Below, piece after piece: positions 28,408 to 37,738 of a DNA stretch of 64,000 nt; positions within the stretch are counted from its first letter, which is position 1, and each line of letters opens with the position of its first letter. Position numbers and translations under genes: made by a program. The stretch comes from Pseudomonadota bacterium (GTDB taxonomy: Bacteria; Babelota; Babeliae; Babelales; CAIQNR01): NCBI GenBank assembly GCA_027487215.1, contig JAIYDZ010000006.1, positions 135,762-199,761 on the forward strand. The letters are read 5' to 3'. Below the pieces are notes generated by a model that did not search any database, had not been told where the DNA came from, and saw only the letters and a list, made by a program, of their open reading frames with translations.

Positions 28408-29137
28408 TTTTCATGGAATTAAAGAAAAATGGCACCTTCTTAAATGGATGGGTGTTAATCATCCATTATTAGCATTGACGCCTAACACTTTAATAGCAAC
28501 ATGGATCGTAATAGGATGTCTTTTTGCGACACTTCTTTTTGCAAAAATTTTTTTTCATAAAAAAGATGGTGTTGTTCGATTTATGACACTCTCGACCGTT
28601 TCAGCATTTATGAATTTAAACAGACAAACTCTCGGTTTTTTTGACTACCGCCATTTTAGTTTTATGACCACCCTCTTTCTCTTTATTCTTTATTGTAACT
28701 TGGCAAGTCTTATCCCTTTTGTAGAAGAACCGACGGCAGATCTTAATACGACACTGGCGCTTGGAATTATTTCATTTTTATATGTCAATATTCATGCAAT
28801 AAAACACCACGGCCTTAAAGGATATGTTGCTGAATACTTTCGCCCTTTTGTGGTGATGTTTCCACTTCATGTAGTAGGTAAACTTGCAAGTATTATATCA
28901 ATTTCATTCCGATTATTTGGAAACCTTCTTGGTGGTTCGGTTATTACAAAACTTTTTTTATCAATGGTAGGCACTGCCCCTAGCGCGTGGTATTTTTATT
29001 TTGTTCCTATTTTAGGATCTCTAATAAGTCTTATATTTTTTGGGTTCTTTAGCGTCTTTGAAGGCGCAGTACAAGCATTCATTTTTATGATGTTGTCATT
29101 GACCTACCTTTCTTCAGCACTTTCAGACGAGGGATAA
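28394..29137 (+). CDS. atpB: F-type ATP synthase Fo subunit a
   Basis: Conserved stator arginine motif (ISFRLFGNLLGG) and C-terminal helix motif (FEGAVQAFIFMMLSLTY). Confidence 0.9.
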   Translation: MNTVNFHGIKEKWHLLKWMGVNHPLLALTPNTLIATWIVIGCLFATLLFAKIFFHKKDGVVRFMTLSTVSAFMNLNRQTLGFFDYRHFSFMTTLFLFILYCNLASLIPFVEEPTADLNTTLALGIISFLYVNIHAIKHHGLKGYVAEYFRPFVVMFPLHVVGKLASIISISFRLFGNLLGGSVITKLFLSMVGTAPSAWYFYFVPILGSLISLIFFGFFSVFEGAVQAFIFMMLSLTYLSSALSDEG

Positions 29138-29140
29138 CAA

Positions 29141-30097
29141 ATGGAGTATTCATATTTTTTTTATCACTACATCACTACTGCGCTTGTCGTCTCAGTCAAT
29201 GCAATCAGCGTAGGCCTTGGAGATGGATTTTTAAGTATTTCTGCACTAGAAGCAGCGCAAACTCAGCCCCATGCAAAACCTGAAATTTTCAGAACCCTTC
29301 TTCTTGGGTTAGCTCTTATTGAAACAACGGCGGTTGTAGGGCTTGTAATAGGACTTATGCTTTTTAGTACTAATGTAGAAAACTTTTCAGAATATGCACA
29401 CTATGCGCAGTTGGGCATTGCGTTTGCAATCTGTATTTCAGGTGCCGTTATTGGATTTGTGTCAGCATATCCTGCACGCGAAGCCTGTTTTGCGGTTGCA
29501 CGCCAACCATTTTTCGGAAGAAAAATTCAACTTCTTATGCTTCTTACACTTTCTTTAATGCAAACTCCTATTATTTTTGCCTTCATTGTTGCGCTACTTA
29601 TTAAAGGCCAGCTTGCAGGAGTAAATACTTTTGGAGAAGCAGCACGCCTTATTGGTAGTGGTCTTTGTATTGGTATTGGTAGCATCGGACCAGCGCTAGG
29701 ACTTGGTTCATTTTCAAAAGCAGTCTGTAAAAGTATCGGCATTAACCGACATGCTTATCCCCAACTCTTTCAGTTTACTTTGTTTAGTGAAGCACTTATT
29801 GAATCGCCTCTTATCTTTACCTTTGTTGTCTCAATCATCATTTTACAACTACGCACCCAAGAACCTTTAGATTTTATTCAAGGAATAGGATTTCTAACAG
29901 CTGGACTTTGTATGGGCTTAGGTACGGTAGGACCAGGCATTGGTTCAGGAAATGTTGCATCGGGAGCTGCTACTCAAATTGCACTCACCCCACAGCATTT
30001 TTCATCAATCATGCGTACCAGTCTTTTAGGCCAAGTACTTATTGAGACAAGTGCTATTTACGCATTGATTATCGCGATCGCAATTATTTTCATATAA
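29141..30097 (+). CDS. atpE: Fused four-hairpin Fo subunit c (318 aa, 8 predicted TM helices)
   Basis: Four consecutive c-subunit hairpins with an approximately 80-aa period. The ion-site residues are E61, Q141, E221 and E302 (GAA 29321, CAA 29561, GAA 29801, GAG 30044). Hairpin 2 keeps the ARQP loop. G-rich TM1 motifs are present (GIGSIGPALGLG, GLGTVGPGIGSG). Confidence 0.85.
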   Translation: MEYSYFFYHYITTALVVSVNAISVGLGDGFLSISALEAAQTQPHAKPEIFRTLLLGLALIETTAVVGLVIGLMLFSTNVENFSEYAHYAQLGIAFAICISGAVIGFVSAYPAREACFAVARQPFFGRKIQLLMLLTLSLMQTPIIFAFIVALLIKGQLAGVNTFGEAARLIGSGLCIGIGSIGPALGLGSFSKAVCKSIGINRHAYPQLFQFTLFSEALIESPLIFTFVVSIIILQLRTQEPLDFIQGIGFLTAGLCMGLGTVGPGIGSGNVASGAATQIALTPQHFSSIMRTSLLGQVLIETSAIYALIIAIAIIFI

Positions 30098-30250
30098 GCC
30101 TCCTGCATAACATAGCTACCTCCCCAATAGATCATAACTCTTACCAACCCTTTACTCAGGACAATTGCTGTATTTCTTTATTTTTTAAATTTGAGTATTG
30201 TTAAATCTATAGAAACTGTCGTATCTATTTTCTAGAGTTGTTTTTTAGGA

Positions 30251-30282
30251 ATGGGATCTTTATGAATTTGGAATCTTTATGA
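30251..30282 (+). promoter_or_regulatory. Chain of two mini-uORFs created by a 16/17-nt tandem duplication of the start region
   Basis: ATGGGATCTTTATGA (MGSL*) and ATGAATTTGGAATCTTTATGA (MNLESL*). Each stop overlaps the next ATG as ATGA. The third ATG (30279) opens the 669-aa ORF. Confidence 0.3.
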
Positions 30283-32288
30283 ATTATCGAAGTATGCAAT
30301 TTACAATGTTCATGCTTTTTGCAGGGTCTTTTACATTATGCTTTGGAGCAGGTCCTAATCAAAAAAATGCTTTTAGCAGAGATTTTTTTGAAGGTTTTGA
30401 TGGAAGAGAAGTTTCACTAGAAAAAGCTGAAGCAGAACGCAAAGCTGCTGAAAACCTTAAACATAGAACCGATATTCTCTTAACCCCTCGTCTTACGGAC
30501 AAGCAAATGTTTACAGTGCTCGATACTGCTGAAACAACCTTTCGTGAAACGCATTCCACAGCAGGAAAAAAATCAAAACTTACTCCTATTCAACGCGCTC
30601 ACCATTATTTTTATAAAGATCTTTTTTCTCACATTTTAAAAACATTACTTACTTCACAACTAAGATTGCATAAAGGTTTTTATGCAAAAGATCTTACCGA
30701 TGAAGAACAACGTGGAATATTTGCAGTACCTCTTAATATTGACGACTATTATGAACAGCTGAGTGCACCACAAGCATTTCTTGATAACCCTCAACTTCAT
30801 AGTGCTGCACTTAAAGTAATTCAACTTTCACAACATACCAACAAACTTGTTCAAAAAATCCCTGTAGGTCAGATACGTTCCAATGAGCCTTTTAATAAGT
30901 CACTTACTACTCTTGAAACTCTGGTAGACTCTATAAACCTTAACGATCCCCACGAAAGCTATAAAATATTTGTAAACTGTTTATACTCTTTAACCCTGGG
31001 TACTATTAATGGACGTTATGCAAGAGCATTTGGTTCTCTTAGTGATACTCTACCGGATGAATATGAAAATCTGATAAAAAAAGCACAAGCCCTAAAAAAT
31101 CCTTTATTTGTGCCATTTCTTAACAATCTTTCAGGAATAATGCTGGCGGCCGATCTACAAACAGATCCTCACAATGCTTATCTAGAAAAGCTTTCTGATT
31201 CATCTTACAATTTTAAACCCTGGGTTAAAGAATTCTATACAAAAACACTGGGTCTTTGGAAAAGCAATTTTCCCACAGAAAGCACAATCTATACTTTTGA
31301 TAAAATTGCTTATCATATGCCTGACACTCTTGATATGCCATTCACTCTAAAAGAAGATCCTCAAGCGTCTTCTTTAAAGGTTCTTACCGCTACAGATGAG
31401 TGGCTACCCTCTACTCATCACACTCAAAAAACTGGTAAGGGCCATCACAAAAGTAAATCTAAAAACGAAACCTCAGCGTCATTCACATCGCAAACTAAAG
31501 AATCTCCCGCTATTCCTTCAGAATTAACAAAGAAAAAGAAATCAAAGAAAGATAGAAATGAAAAACAGGAAGATGGTGAATCTGCTCATGAAGTACCAGA
31601 TACAACAGAACCATTAGTTAGTATCGACGATAGCGCTCAAAAAACTCTAGCTAAAGCCGAACCAAAAGAATCTCTTACCCCTGCCTGGTATTATACAAGT
31701 AATATTGGAAAATGGTTTGATCCTAAAAAAGCAGAAAAACTTCTAGTAACCGACGGATACCTCAATCCAAGAGCCGCTACCCCTTTTGAAAAGGAACGAC
31801 GACATATTTTTCTTAACGTTTTACGGATTCATGAAAATAATGAAGAATCTGCAAAACAAGCGATCATTACTGCTCATACCGTTCCCACTCAGGCAGACAA
31901 ACATCTCTTTTTGAAAGTTCCGGAACAATTAAGCCCTTTTACTTACAAACTTGAATCTCTTGTTTTACGCCGCATTCATGAACACCAGTCATTTGGAACA
32001 TTTGAAATTATCTATGAAAAGCCTGACAAAGGACCGCTTATAGTTTTTCACCGACTTGTCAAATCTATGAATCGCGCTCAGTTTGAACAACTTTTTGATA
32101 TTCAAGCGGCTCTTACAGAAGTCAAAGATTCAGAAAGTCTGATTGATGACGAACTCCGCTCTCAAAAACTAGAAGAAGAAACTGCATGGCAACCTGTCCA
32201 AGGAGACTGGATAGAAGATACTACAGATCACTCATTTGTCCTTCTAACCCATCCAAAAACAGACGAAAAAATATATATCATTAAATAA
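30279..32288 (+). CDS. Large hypothetical secreted protein (669 aa) with a central K/S/E-rich disordered linker
   Basis: Long ORF with a hydrophobic N-terminus (MQFTMFMLFAGSFTLCFGA). I recognise no domain. Confidence 0.7.
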   Translation: MNYRSMQFTMFMLFAGSFTLCFGAGPNQKNAFSRDFFEGFDGREVSLEKAEAERKAAENLKHRTDILLTPRLTDKQMFTVLDTAETTFRETHSTAGKKSKLTPIQRAHHYFYKDLFSHILKTLLTSQLRLHKGFYAKDLTDEEQRGIFAVPLNIDDYYEQLSAPQAFLDNPQLHSAALKVIQLSQHTNKLVQKIPVGQIRSNEPFNKSLTTLETLVDSINLNDPHESYKIFVNCLYSLTLGTINGRYARAFGSLSDTLPDEYENLIKKAQALKNPLFVPFLNNLSGIMLAADLQTDPHNAYLEKLSDSSYNFKPWVKEFYTKTLGLWKSNFPTESTIYTFDKIAYHMPDTLDMPFTLKEDPQASSLKVLTATDEWLPSTHHTQKTGKGHHKSKSKNETSASFTSQTKESPAIPSELTKKKKSKKDRNEKQEDGESAHEVPDTTEPLVSIDDSAQKTLAKAEPKESLTPAWYYTSNIGKWFDPKKAEKLLVTDGYLNPRAATPFEKERRHIFLNVLRIHENNEESAKQAIITAHTVPTQADKHLFLKVPEQLSPFTYKLESLVLRRIHEHQSFGTFEIIYEKPDKGPLIVFHRLVKSMNRAQFEQLFDIQAALTEVKDSESLIDDELRSQKLEEETAWQPVQGDWIEDTTDHSFVLLTHPKTDEKIYIIK

Positions 32289-32379
32289 GTAATACCAAAA
32301 AATAGATTTCAATTAAAAAAGGCGCTGCCATTTATTACATGACTGCACCTTTTTTTAACTTTTAAATCCGCTGTTGATA

Positions 32380-32913
32380 TTATTTTTCTTTTTTTAAGTT
32401 ATAAGCATTCTGTCTTTTTAACGCGGGAGGCTTTGGCAGACTCGCGACCGCCACCACCTCTACTGCCATTTTCTTTGTAGGAGCCTGCTCTTCTTGTGTA
32501 AGCAAAGCTTTTATATTGTCTTTAGTAACCTTATAACATCTATGGGCAATTTTAGTTGTGGATAGTATGTCATGTAAAGACAAAGGTATTGTATAGCCGT
32601 GGGAAAAAGATTGTGGAAAAATGAGAGTCTTGTTTATGCGATTGATAATTAACTCTTGAGATGTACCATCATGAATACATTCATGTCTTCAAATACTCTC
32701 TCCTAACAAACGCTCAATTTCTGAAGTGGTACACAAAGGAACCCATCCTTTACAAGGAACTTTAAATTCATTCCAACCTGCTGTCTCAGTTTTTAACGAC
32801 TTTGCTTCTTGCAGTTGATCAGAGTGTTGTATTTCACTTGCGTGAAGATGACCACATTTTATAACTATAAAAAGCACTACAATAAAAACATTTCTAAAAA
32901 TCAAAAGTTTCAT
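32380..32913 (-). pseudogene. Secreted-protein gene interrupted by a single in-frame TGA (32689..32691)
   Basis: ORFs 32689..32913 and 32380..32583 are in the same frame, with no other stop between them. The neighbouring paralog aligns across the stop position (ERLLVATHACTQHLCASQEF versus ERLLGESI*RHECIHDGTSQEL). Confidence 0.5.
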
Positions 32914-32970
32914 TTTCTGTTTTCTTCAATGAAAGTATAAATAAGTACTCTCAGTATAGCATTATCGCAC

Positions 32971-33339
32971 TTATTTGAGTACCTCCTTTTTATCTAGTTC
33001 ACAACACCTACCTTTTAAAGACCTTACGATTTGTTCCAGCTGTTCAAACTTTTCATTATTTACTCTTTTACGAGCCCTAGCAGAAATTGATGACCCATTA
33101 TCAGGCATTGAATATGCCTGATAAAGAATGTCTAGTGTAAATTCTTGAGATGCACACAAATGTTGAGTACAGGCATGAGTTGCTACTAAAAGCCTTTCCC
33201 AATTAGTATTTTTTTCCTCTAATTTCCAGCCTGGACACTGTAAAAAACTGGAAGAAGTTTTAAATGACGCTAAGGAGTTTTCTGATGCACAAAGAGTAGA
33301 ACTCATTACTAATAAAATTGCCTTAAATAGATAATTCAT
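32971..33339 (-). CDS. Hypothetical secreted protein, paralog of the interrupted gene
   Basis: The ATG at 33339 gives MNYLFKAILLVMSSTLCASE, a signal peptide. The longer ORF-track start would overlap the cysK-like gene. Confidence 0.55.
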   Translation of the reverse strand: MNYLFKAILLVMSSTLCASENSLASFKTSSSFLQCPGWKLEEKNTNWERLLVATHACTQHLCASQEFTLDILYQAYSMPDNGSSISARARKRVNNEKFEQLEQIVRSLKGRCCELDKKEVLK

Positions 33340-33434
33340 ACATTTCTTTCGCGTTGAATAATTCACATTATCAAAGAGCAATGATACGATAGTTTTGTAC
33401 AAAAAATGCGCATGTGCAATAAAAGGAACTTTCA

Positions 33435-34433
33435 ATGTCATATCCATCTCTTTTAGGGGCAATTGGCAATACACCGCTTGTTGCAGTTCCTCTTCAATCT
33501 GAAGGAACAATTCTTGCAAAATTAGAATATTTAAATCCAGGCGGCAGTGTCAAAGATCGCTCTGCACTTTATATGGTAGAGCACGCAGAAAAGGCTGGAA
33601 TACTCAAACCTGGTGGCACTTTGATTGATGCTTCTTCAGGCAACCATGGTATTGCTTTGGCAATGATTGGGGCCATTAAGGGATATCGTGTTATTATTGT
33701 TGTCTCAGAAAAAATTAGTAAAGAAAAATTACAAACGATCAAAGCATACGGTGCCGAAGTTATCGTCTGTAAACCGACCGAATTCATTGATGATCCACAA
33801 AGTTATCATTTTGTTGCACAGCGTCTTGCGCAAGAAATTCCTAATTCATTCATGCCCAACCAGTACTATAATGTGGTTAATCGTGAAGCACATCAAAGTC
33901 TTCTTGGACCTGAAATGTGGAATCAAACGAATGGAACTATCACCCATTTTTTTGCAGGAGCAGGAACAGGTGGTACTGTTAGCGGGGTTGGACGCTATTT
34001 AAAATCAAAAAATCCAAACATTAAAGTGTATGGTATCGATTCAGTAAATTCATTCCGCTCAACAAACGGACACCCAAAACCTTATTCACTTGAAGGTATT
34101 GGAATTGATTTCACCTCAGAAGTTCTTGATTATAATGTGATTGATAAAATTGTAACCGTCTCTGATGCTGAATCTATTGATGCACTTAAACTTCTTGCAA
34201 AAGAGTTTGGAATGCTCATAGGACCAAGCAGCGGCGCAGTATTTGCAGGACTTTTAAAAGAAAAAGATACTTTCACCAAAGATTCAGTCGCGGTCATTAT
34301 GTTTAGCGATTCTGGTCGTGCGTATTTGAGTAAGGGTTTTTATGATGTGCAAGGTGAAACTGTTGCCCAAGCTTACTCAAACACAATGAGTTCTGAGGCA
34401 GTTCAGTTTGATGGTCCTGCCACCACAAAGTAA
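33435..34433 (+). CDS. cysK: PLP-dependent cysteine synthase / cystathionine beta-synthase family enzyme
   Basis: LNPGGSVKDRSALYMV (the PLP lysine), SSGNHGIALA and a GTGGTVSG loop. It carries a C-terminal tail of about 28 aa beyond the usual end. Confidence 0.85.
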   Translation: MSYPSLLGAIGNTPLVAVPLQSEGTILAKLEYLNPGGSVKDRSALYMVEHAEKAGILKPGGTLIDASSGNHGIALAMIGAIKGYRVIIVVSEKISKEKLQTIKAYGAEVIVCKPTEFIDDPQSYHFVAQRLAQEIPNSFMPNQYYNVVNREAHQSLLGPEMWNQTNGTITHFFAGAGTGGTVSGVGRYLKSKNPNIKVYGIDSVNSFRSTNGHPKPYSLEGIGIDFTSEVLDYNVIDKIVTVSDAESIDALKLLAKEFGMLIGPSSGAVFAGLLKEKDTFTKDSVAVIMFSDSGRAYLSKGFYDVQGETVAQAYSNTMSSEAVQFDGPATTK

Positions 34434-35400
34434 GACGTTCAATCGGGGTTTCAAACATATCAGTTCCAAAATGAAATGTTCCCCAGTGCATAGGAATAAA
34501 ATAGCGGGCGCCGCAGTCCAGAAATGCTTGGCCCGCTTGCTCTGCACTCATATGTGAACGACGCATCATATGGTCAGGGTCACAAGGCCCCACTGGCATA
34601 AGAGCAACACCAATGTTAGGAAACATTTGGCCAATTGTTTTAAAATAAAATTCACAGTAGGCAGTGTCTCCAGCAAAAAAAACAGTATCATCCTGAGTCT
34701 GAAAAACCCACCCACACCACAATGTTTTATTATGATCAAACAACGTACGCTGTGACCAATGCCACACAGGCACACACGAAATATCTACCCCTTTATATTC
34801 ATACGTTTCCCACCAGATTAACTCCTCAACGTTCTTTATGTTCCGACTCAAAAACCAACTTTTATTTCCTTCAGGAACTAAAAACAAAGGATTATGATTT
34901 TGATGCAAAAAATGAATCGTCGGCTCATCCATATGATCCCGGTGATTATGAGAAATCACTACTACATCAATGGGTGGCAATTTTTGAGGATCAATTCCCA
35001 AAGGCAAAACCCGTGGGAATAACAAAGAAGGACTTTCAAAGATAGGGTCTGCCAAAATGTTGATATTTCCTAACTGAATCAACATGGTTGCATGACCAAG
35101 CCAGGTAATAAGAGGTTCGTAAGAATGAGCATACTCTTTATAAGGTTCAATCCAAGCATCAAGATTAGGATTTTTTGCACGTAAGAATCTTTTTTTGAGG
35201 CTACTAAAAAACATTCTTATAGACGGCAAAAACCATTCAGGAGATTCATGAAGATGCTCATTATTATAATTAAAAAATTTACCGTGACGCTTAAGAGGAG
35301 TAAATGGTGGCTTAAAAAGATGCTTTTTCACCACAGGAACCTTTTCAAGAAATTTCCCCCATCCGGCAGAACGTCGGATAGGGGAAATGGAGGTTATCAA
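34303..35400 (-). CDS. MBL-fold metallo-hydrolase (NAPE-PLD-like / Lactamase_B_2)
   Basis: HxHxDH motif (VVISHNHRDHMD), downstream His/Asp ligands (FAGDTAY, IPMHWGTF). Confidence 0.8.
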   Translation of the reverse strand: MITSISPIRRSAGWGKFLEKVPVVKKHLFKPPFTPLKRHGKFFNYNNEHLHESPEWFLPSIRMFFSSLKKRFLRAKNPNLDAWIEPYKEYAHSYEPLITWLGHATMLIQLGNINILADPIFESPSLLFPRVLPLGIDPQKLPPIDVVVISHNHRDHMDEPTIHFLHQNHNPLFLVPEGNKSWFLSRNIKNVEELIWWETYEYKGVDISCVPVWHWSQRTLFDHNKTLWCGWVFQTQDDTVFFAGDTAYCEFYFKTIGQMFPNIGVALMPVGPCDPDHMMRRSHMSAEQAGQAFLDCGARYFIPMHWGTFHFGTDMFETPIERLTLWWQDHQTELPQNSLCLSKLGQQFHLAHHKNPYSNTHDQNR

Positions 35401-35809
35401 AAATAAAAATTGTCTTCTTCGAAAGACAGGTTAATACTAACTGATAAAAAAATAAAAAGCAAATGTTTTAAGAAACAGTAAACCCTCTATCGGCACGGCA
35501 TCAGACAGCTCTTTAGCCATACAAAACAAGCTTATCTTTCTCTTTACTCATTAAAAATTTATTACTCTCAGAGGTATACTGATAGATCGTTTACCACACT
35601 GTTTTGGACTCTGCTTGAAGGTATACTTTAGTATTAATTTTACTCATCTTTTTTTATTTTAAAATACGCGCTTATAACAATCTCTTATTATCTTAATCCT
35701 GTAACAAAAACAAGACTGCTCGACTCTTTTTTTCTGATCTGTATAGTTATTACTGTGCTCAGCAAATGTAAACATACCACTCATCAAATGGTACGAAAGT
35801 ACACACATT

Positions 35810-36442
35810 ATGAAAACATTAAAAAAAGGTTTGCTTATCGCTGTTGAGGGAATCGACGGCTCAGGCAAGTCAGTATTATGTACTCATTTAAAAGATCGCC
35901 TTTCTCAAAAGTATGACCTGGTTGTCACTAAAGAACCGGGTGGGACTATGCTGGGTAAAGGTTTACGAGAAACTTTACTAGCTAAAGATGTTCCTGTATG
36001 CCAAAAAGCTGAATTTCTTTTGTTTGCAACAGACCGTGCACAGCACTTTGCACAAGTTATTACTCCTGCATTAGAAGCAGGTAAAATTGTCATCTCAGAT
36101 CGTATGGCTGACTCATCACTTGTCTATCAAGGATATGGAAGAAACCTTGATATTTCAGTAATAAACACCGTTAACAACTGGGCAATGAATGATAGACAAC
36201 CTGATCTAGTATTTTATTTAAAAATTACTGCCCAAGAAGCGTACAAAAGAATGCGCCACAGAAATATTCCTTTAAATTCATTTGAAAAAGAAATTGCATT
36301 CATGCACAAACTTACTGATGGATTTGACACACTCGTGGCACCGCGTCCCAATGTAGTAACCCTTGATGCACTTGCTGAAACTGAACAAGTTGCCGATCAG
36401 GCTTTTGCAGTACTTAAAAAACTTATTGAACAAAACCAATGA
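35810..36442 (+). CDS. tmk: Thymidylate kinase
   Basis: P-loop IAVEGIDGSGKS, a TKEPGGT motif and a DRMADSSLVYQG lid region. Confidence 0.9.
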   Translation: MKTLKKGLLIAVEGIDGSGKSVLCTHLKDRLSQKYDLVVTKEPGGTMLGKGLRETLLAKDVPVCQKAEFLLFATDRAQHFAQVITPALEAGKIVISDRMADSSLVYQGYGRNLDISVINTVNNWAMNDRQPDLVFYLKITAQEAYKRMRHRNIPLNSFEKEIAFMHKLTDGFDTLVAPRPNVVTLDALAETEQVADQAFAVLKKLIEQNQ

Positions 36443-37170
36443 TAACAGCCACACACGCACGACTACTTATCGGTACCAAACTGGCAACTGAAAAAGAAGC
36501 TCTTGCCCTTTTACAAAATTCACTTTGTACGCACAGTGCCTGTGGAACCTGTTTTACTTGCACACAAATTACCTCAAAGTTACATCACAATACTTTGTGG
36601 ATTGCTCCAGAAAAACGATACTCAATTGATGATCTAGAAATCATTTTTCAAAAAACACAACTCGGCCTTGATCAGAATGAACTTTGTTTTTTTATTATTA
36701 CCAAAGCAGACTTTCTCAATCAAACGTGCGCCAATAGTCTTTTAAAAATTGTAGAAGAACCCCCACAAGGTTATCAGTTTCTCTTTTTAGCAGAACGCTC
36801 TGAAACGGTCCTTCCTACTATCCGTTCGCGCTGCGTACAAAAAAACTGTACAAGTACAGGAACGGCAGAAGAACTTCCAGCCTTGGTCCATCACTTTAAA
36901 AGCTTTCACAGCGACCCCGTTTCGTTTTCTAAAGAAGTATCTCAATCCACAATGACTGAACAGGATTGCCTTTCTTTTATCGATGACCTACTGCGTTATT
37001 GGGTTGACACTTATAAACGATCAATTGAAACTCAAAACACCACTCAATCATCAAAATGCCTTGCAATGATTACCCTTTTAAAAAAAGCACTCGCTCAACC
37101 GCCCGCTCCAGGAAGCAGCAAAATCTTTTGGAAAAATCTTTATTTACAACGCGAACTTTATCTTTCATAA
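36439..37170 (+). CDS. holB: DNA polymerase III delta-prime subunit (short form)
   Basis: NSLLKIVEEPP and TIRSRC motifs, an ATGA overlap with tmk, and the typical tmk-holB order. Confidence 0.75.
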   Translation: MITATHARLLIGTKLATEKEALALLQNSLCTHSACGTCFTCTQITSKLHHNTLWIAPEKRYSIDDLEIIFQKTQLGLDQNELCFFIITKADFLNQTCANSLLKIVEEPPQGYQFLFLAERSETVLPTIRSRCVQKNCTSTGTAEELPALVHHFKSFHSDPVSFSKEVSQSTMTEQDCLSFIDDLLRYWVDTYKRSIETQNTTQSSKCLAMITLLKKALAQPPAPGSSKIFWKNLYLQRELYLS

Positions 37171-37291
37171 ACATTCTGGTCAAAACTCACCACAATTTAA
37201 AAGACCTAAAAAATAATACTCAGAATTTTTAATTAACTTACCAGCAACACTCTGTTATCATATTTTGCACACCACCATTACGGAGATATTG

Positions 37292-37738
37292 ATGGCATTA
37301 GGAATGCATGAACTGCTACGCGGAATTTTTAAAAATGATGAATGGAAGTTCCAACTTCTTTCTGAGTGGACCTCTATTGTCGGAAATCTTGGTGATAAAA
37401 TGCGTCTTGAAAAAATCGACAATGACACACTTGTTATTGGTGTTTATCAGGCAACCTGGCTTCAAGAACTGTATCTTCTTTCAAACGTATTGCTTCATTC
37501 AATTAACCAGCATTTAAAATATCCTCACGTAAAAAAACTACGATTTAAACATGCCTCAGTCTATGAACATAAGGCTACTGCTGAAAAAGCCGAAGTTGTT
37601 GCACCTCTTAAAAAAATTCCACCTTTCATTCTTTCATATGATGAACGGCGCGCACTGAGCACTATTAAAGATCAGGATCTTAAAAAAGCATTACAAGACT
37701 TTCTTCAACGATGTCATACCCAAAGGAATCTTTCATGA
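37292..37738 (+). CDS. DUF721/DciA-like protein
   Basis: The ATG at 37292 is preceded by GGAG. The pattern W..IVG..L......EKIDNDTLVIGVYQATWLQELYLL..LL..IN is typical of DUF721. Confidence 0.6.
   Translation: MALGMHELLRGIFKNDEWKFQLLSEWTSIVGNLGDKMRLEKIDNDTLVIGVYQATWLQELYLLSNVLLHSINQHLKYPHVKKLRFKHASVYEHKATAEKAEVVAPLKKIPPFILSYDERRALSTIKDQDLKKALQDFLQRCHTQRNLS

Noticed and set aside
32670-32691. The TGA plus downstream palindrome as a selenocysteine codon with a SECIS element
   Set aside because: The hairpin is short and AU-rich, starts only 3 nt after the UGA and lacks the usual apical-loop features. The local context is not a CxxU/UxxC redox motif. No sel genes are visible here. It remains only a minor alternative in the finding.
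35401-35809. The 409-bp AT-rich divergent intergenic region as oriC or a hidden RNA gene
   Set aside because: I found no clustered DnaA-box matches; only one weak TTTACCACA. There is no G+C peak, no tRNA-like arms, and only short AU-rich hairpins.
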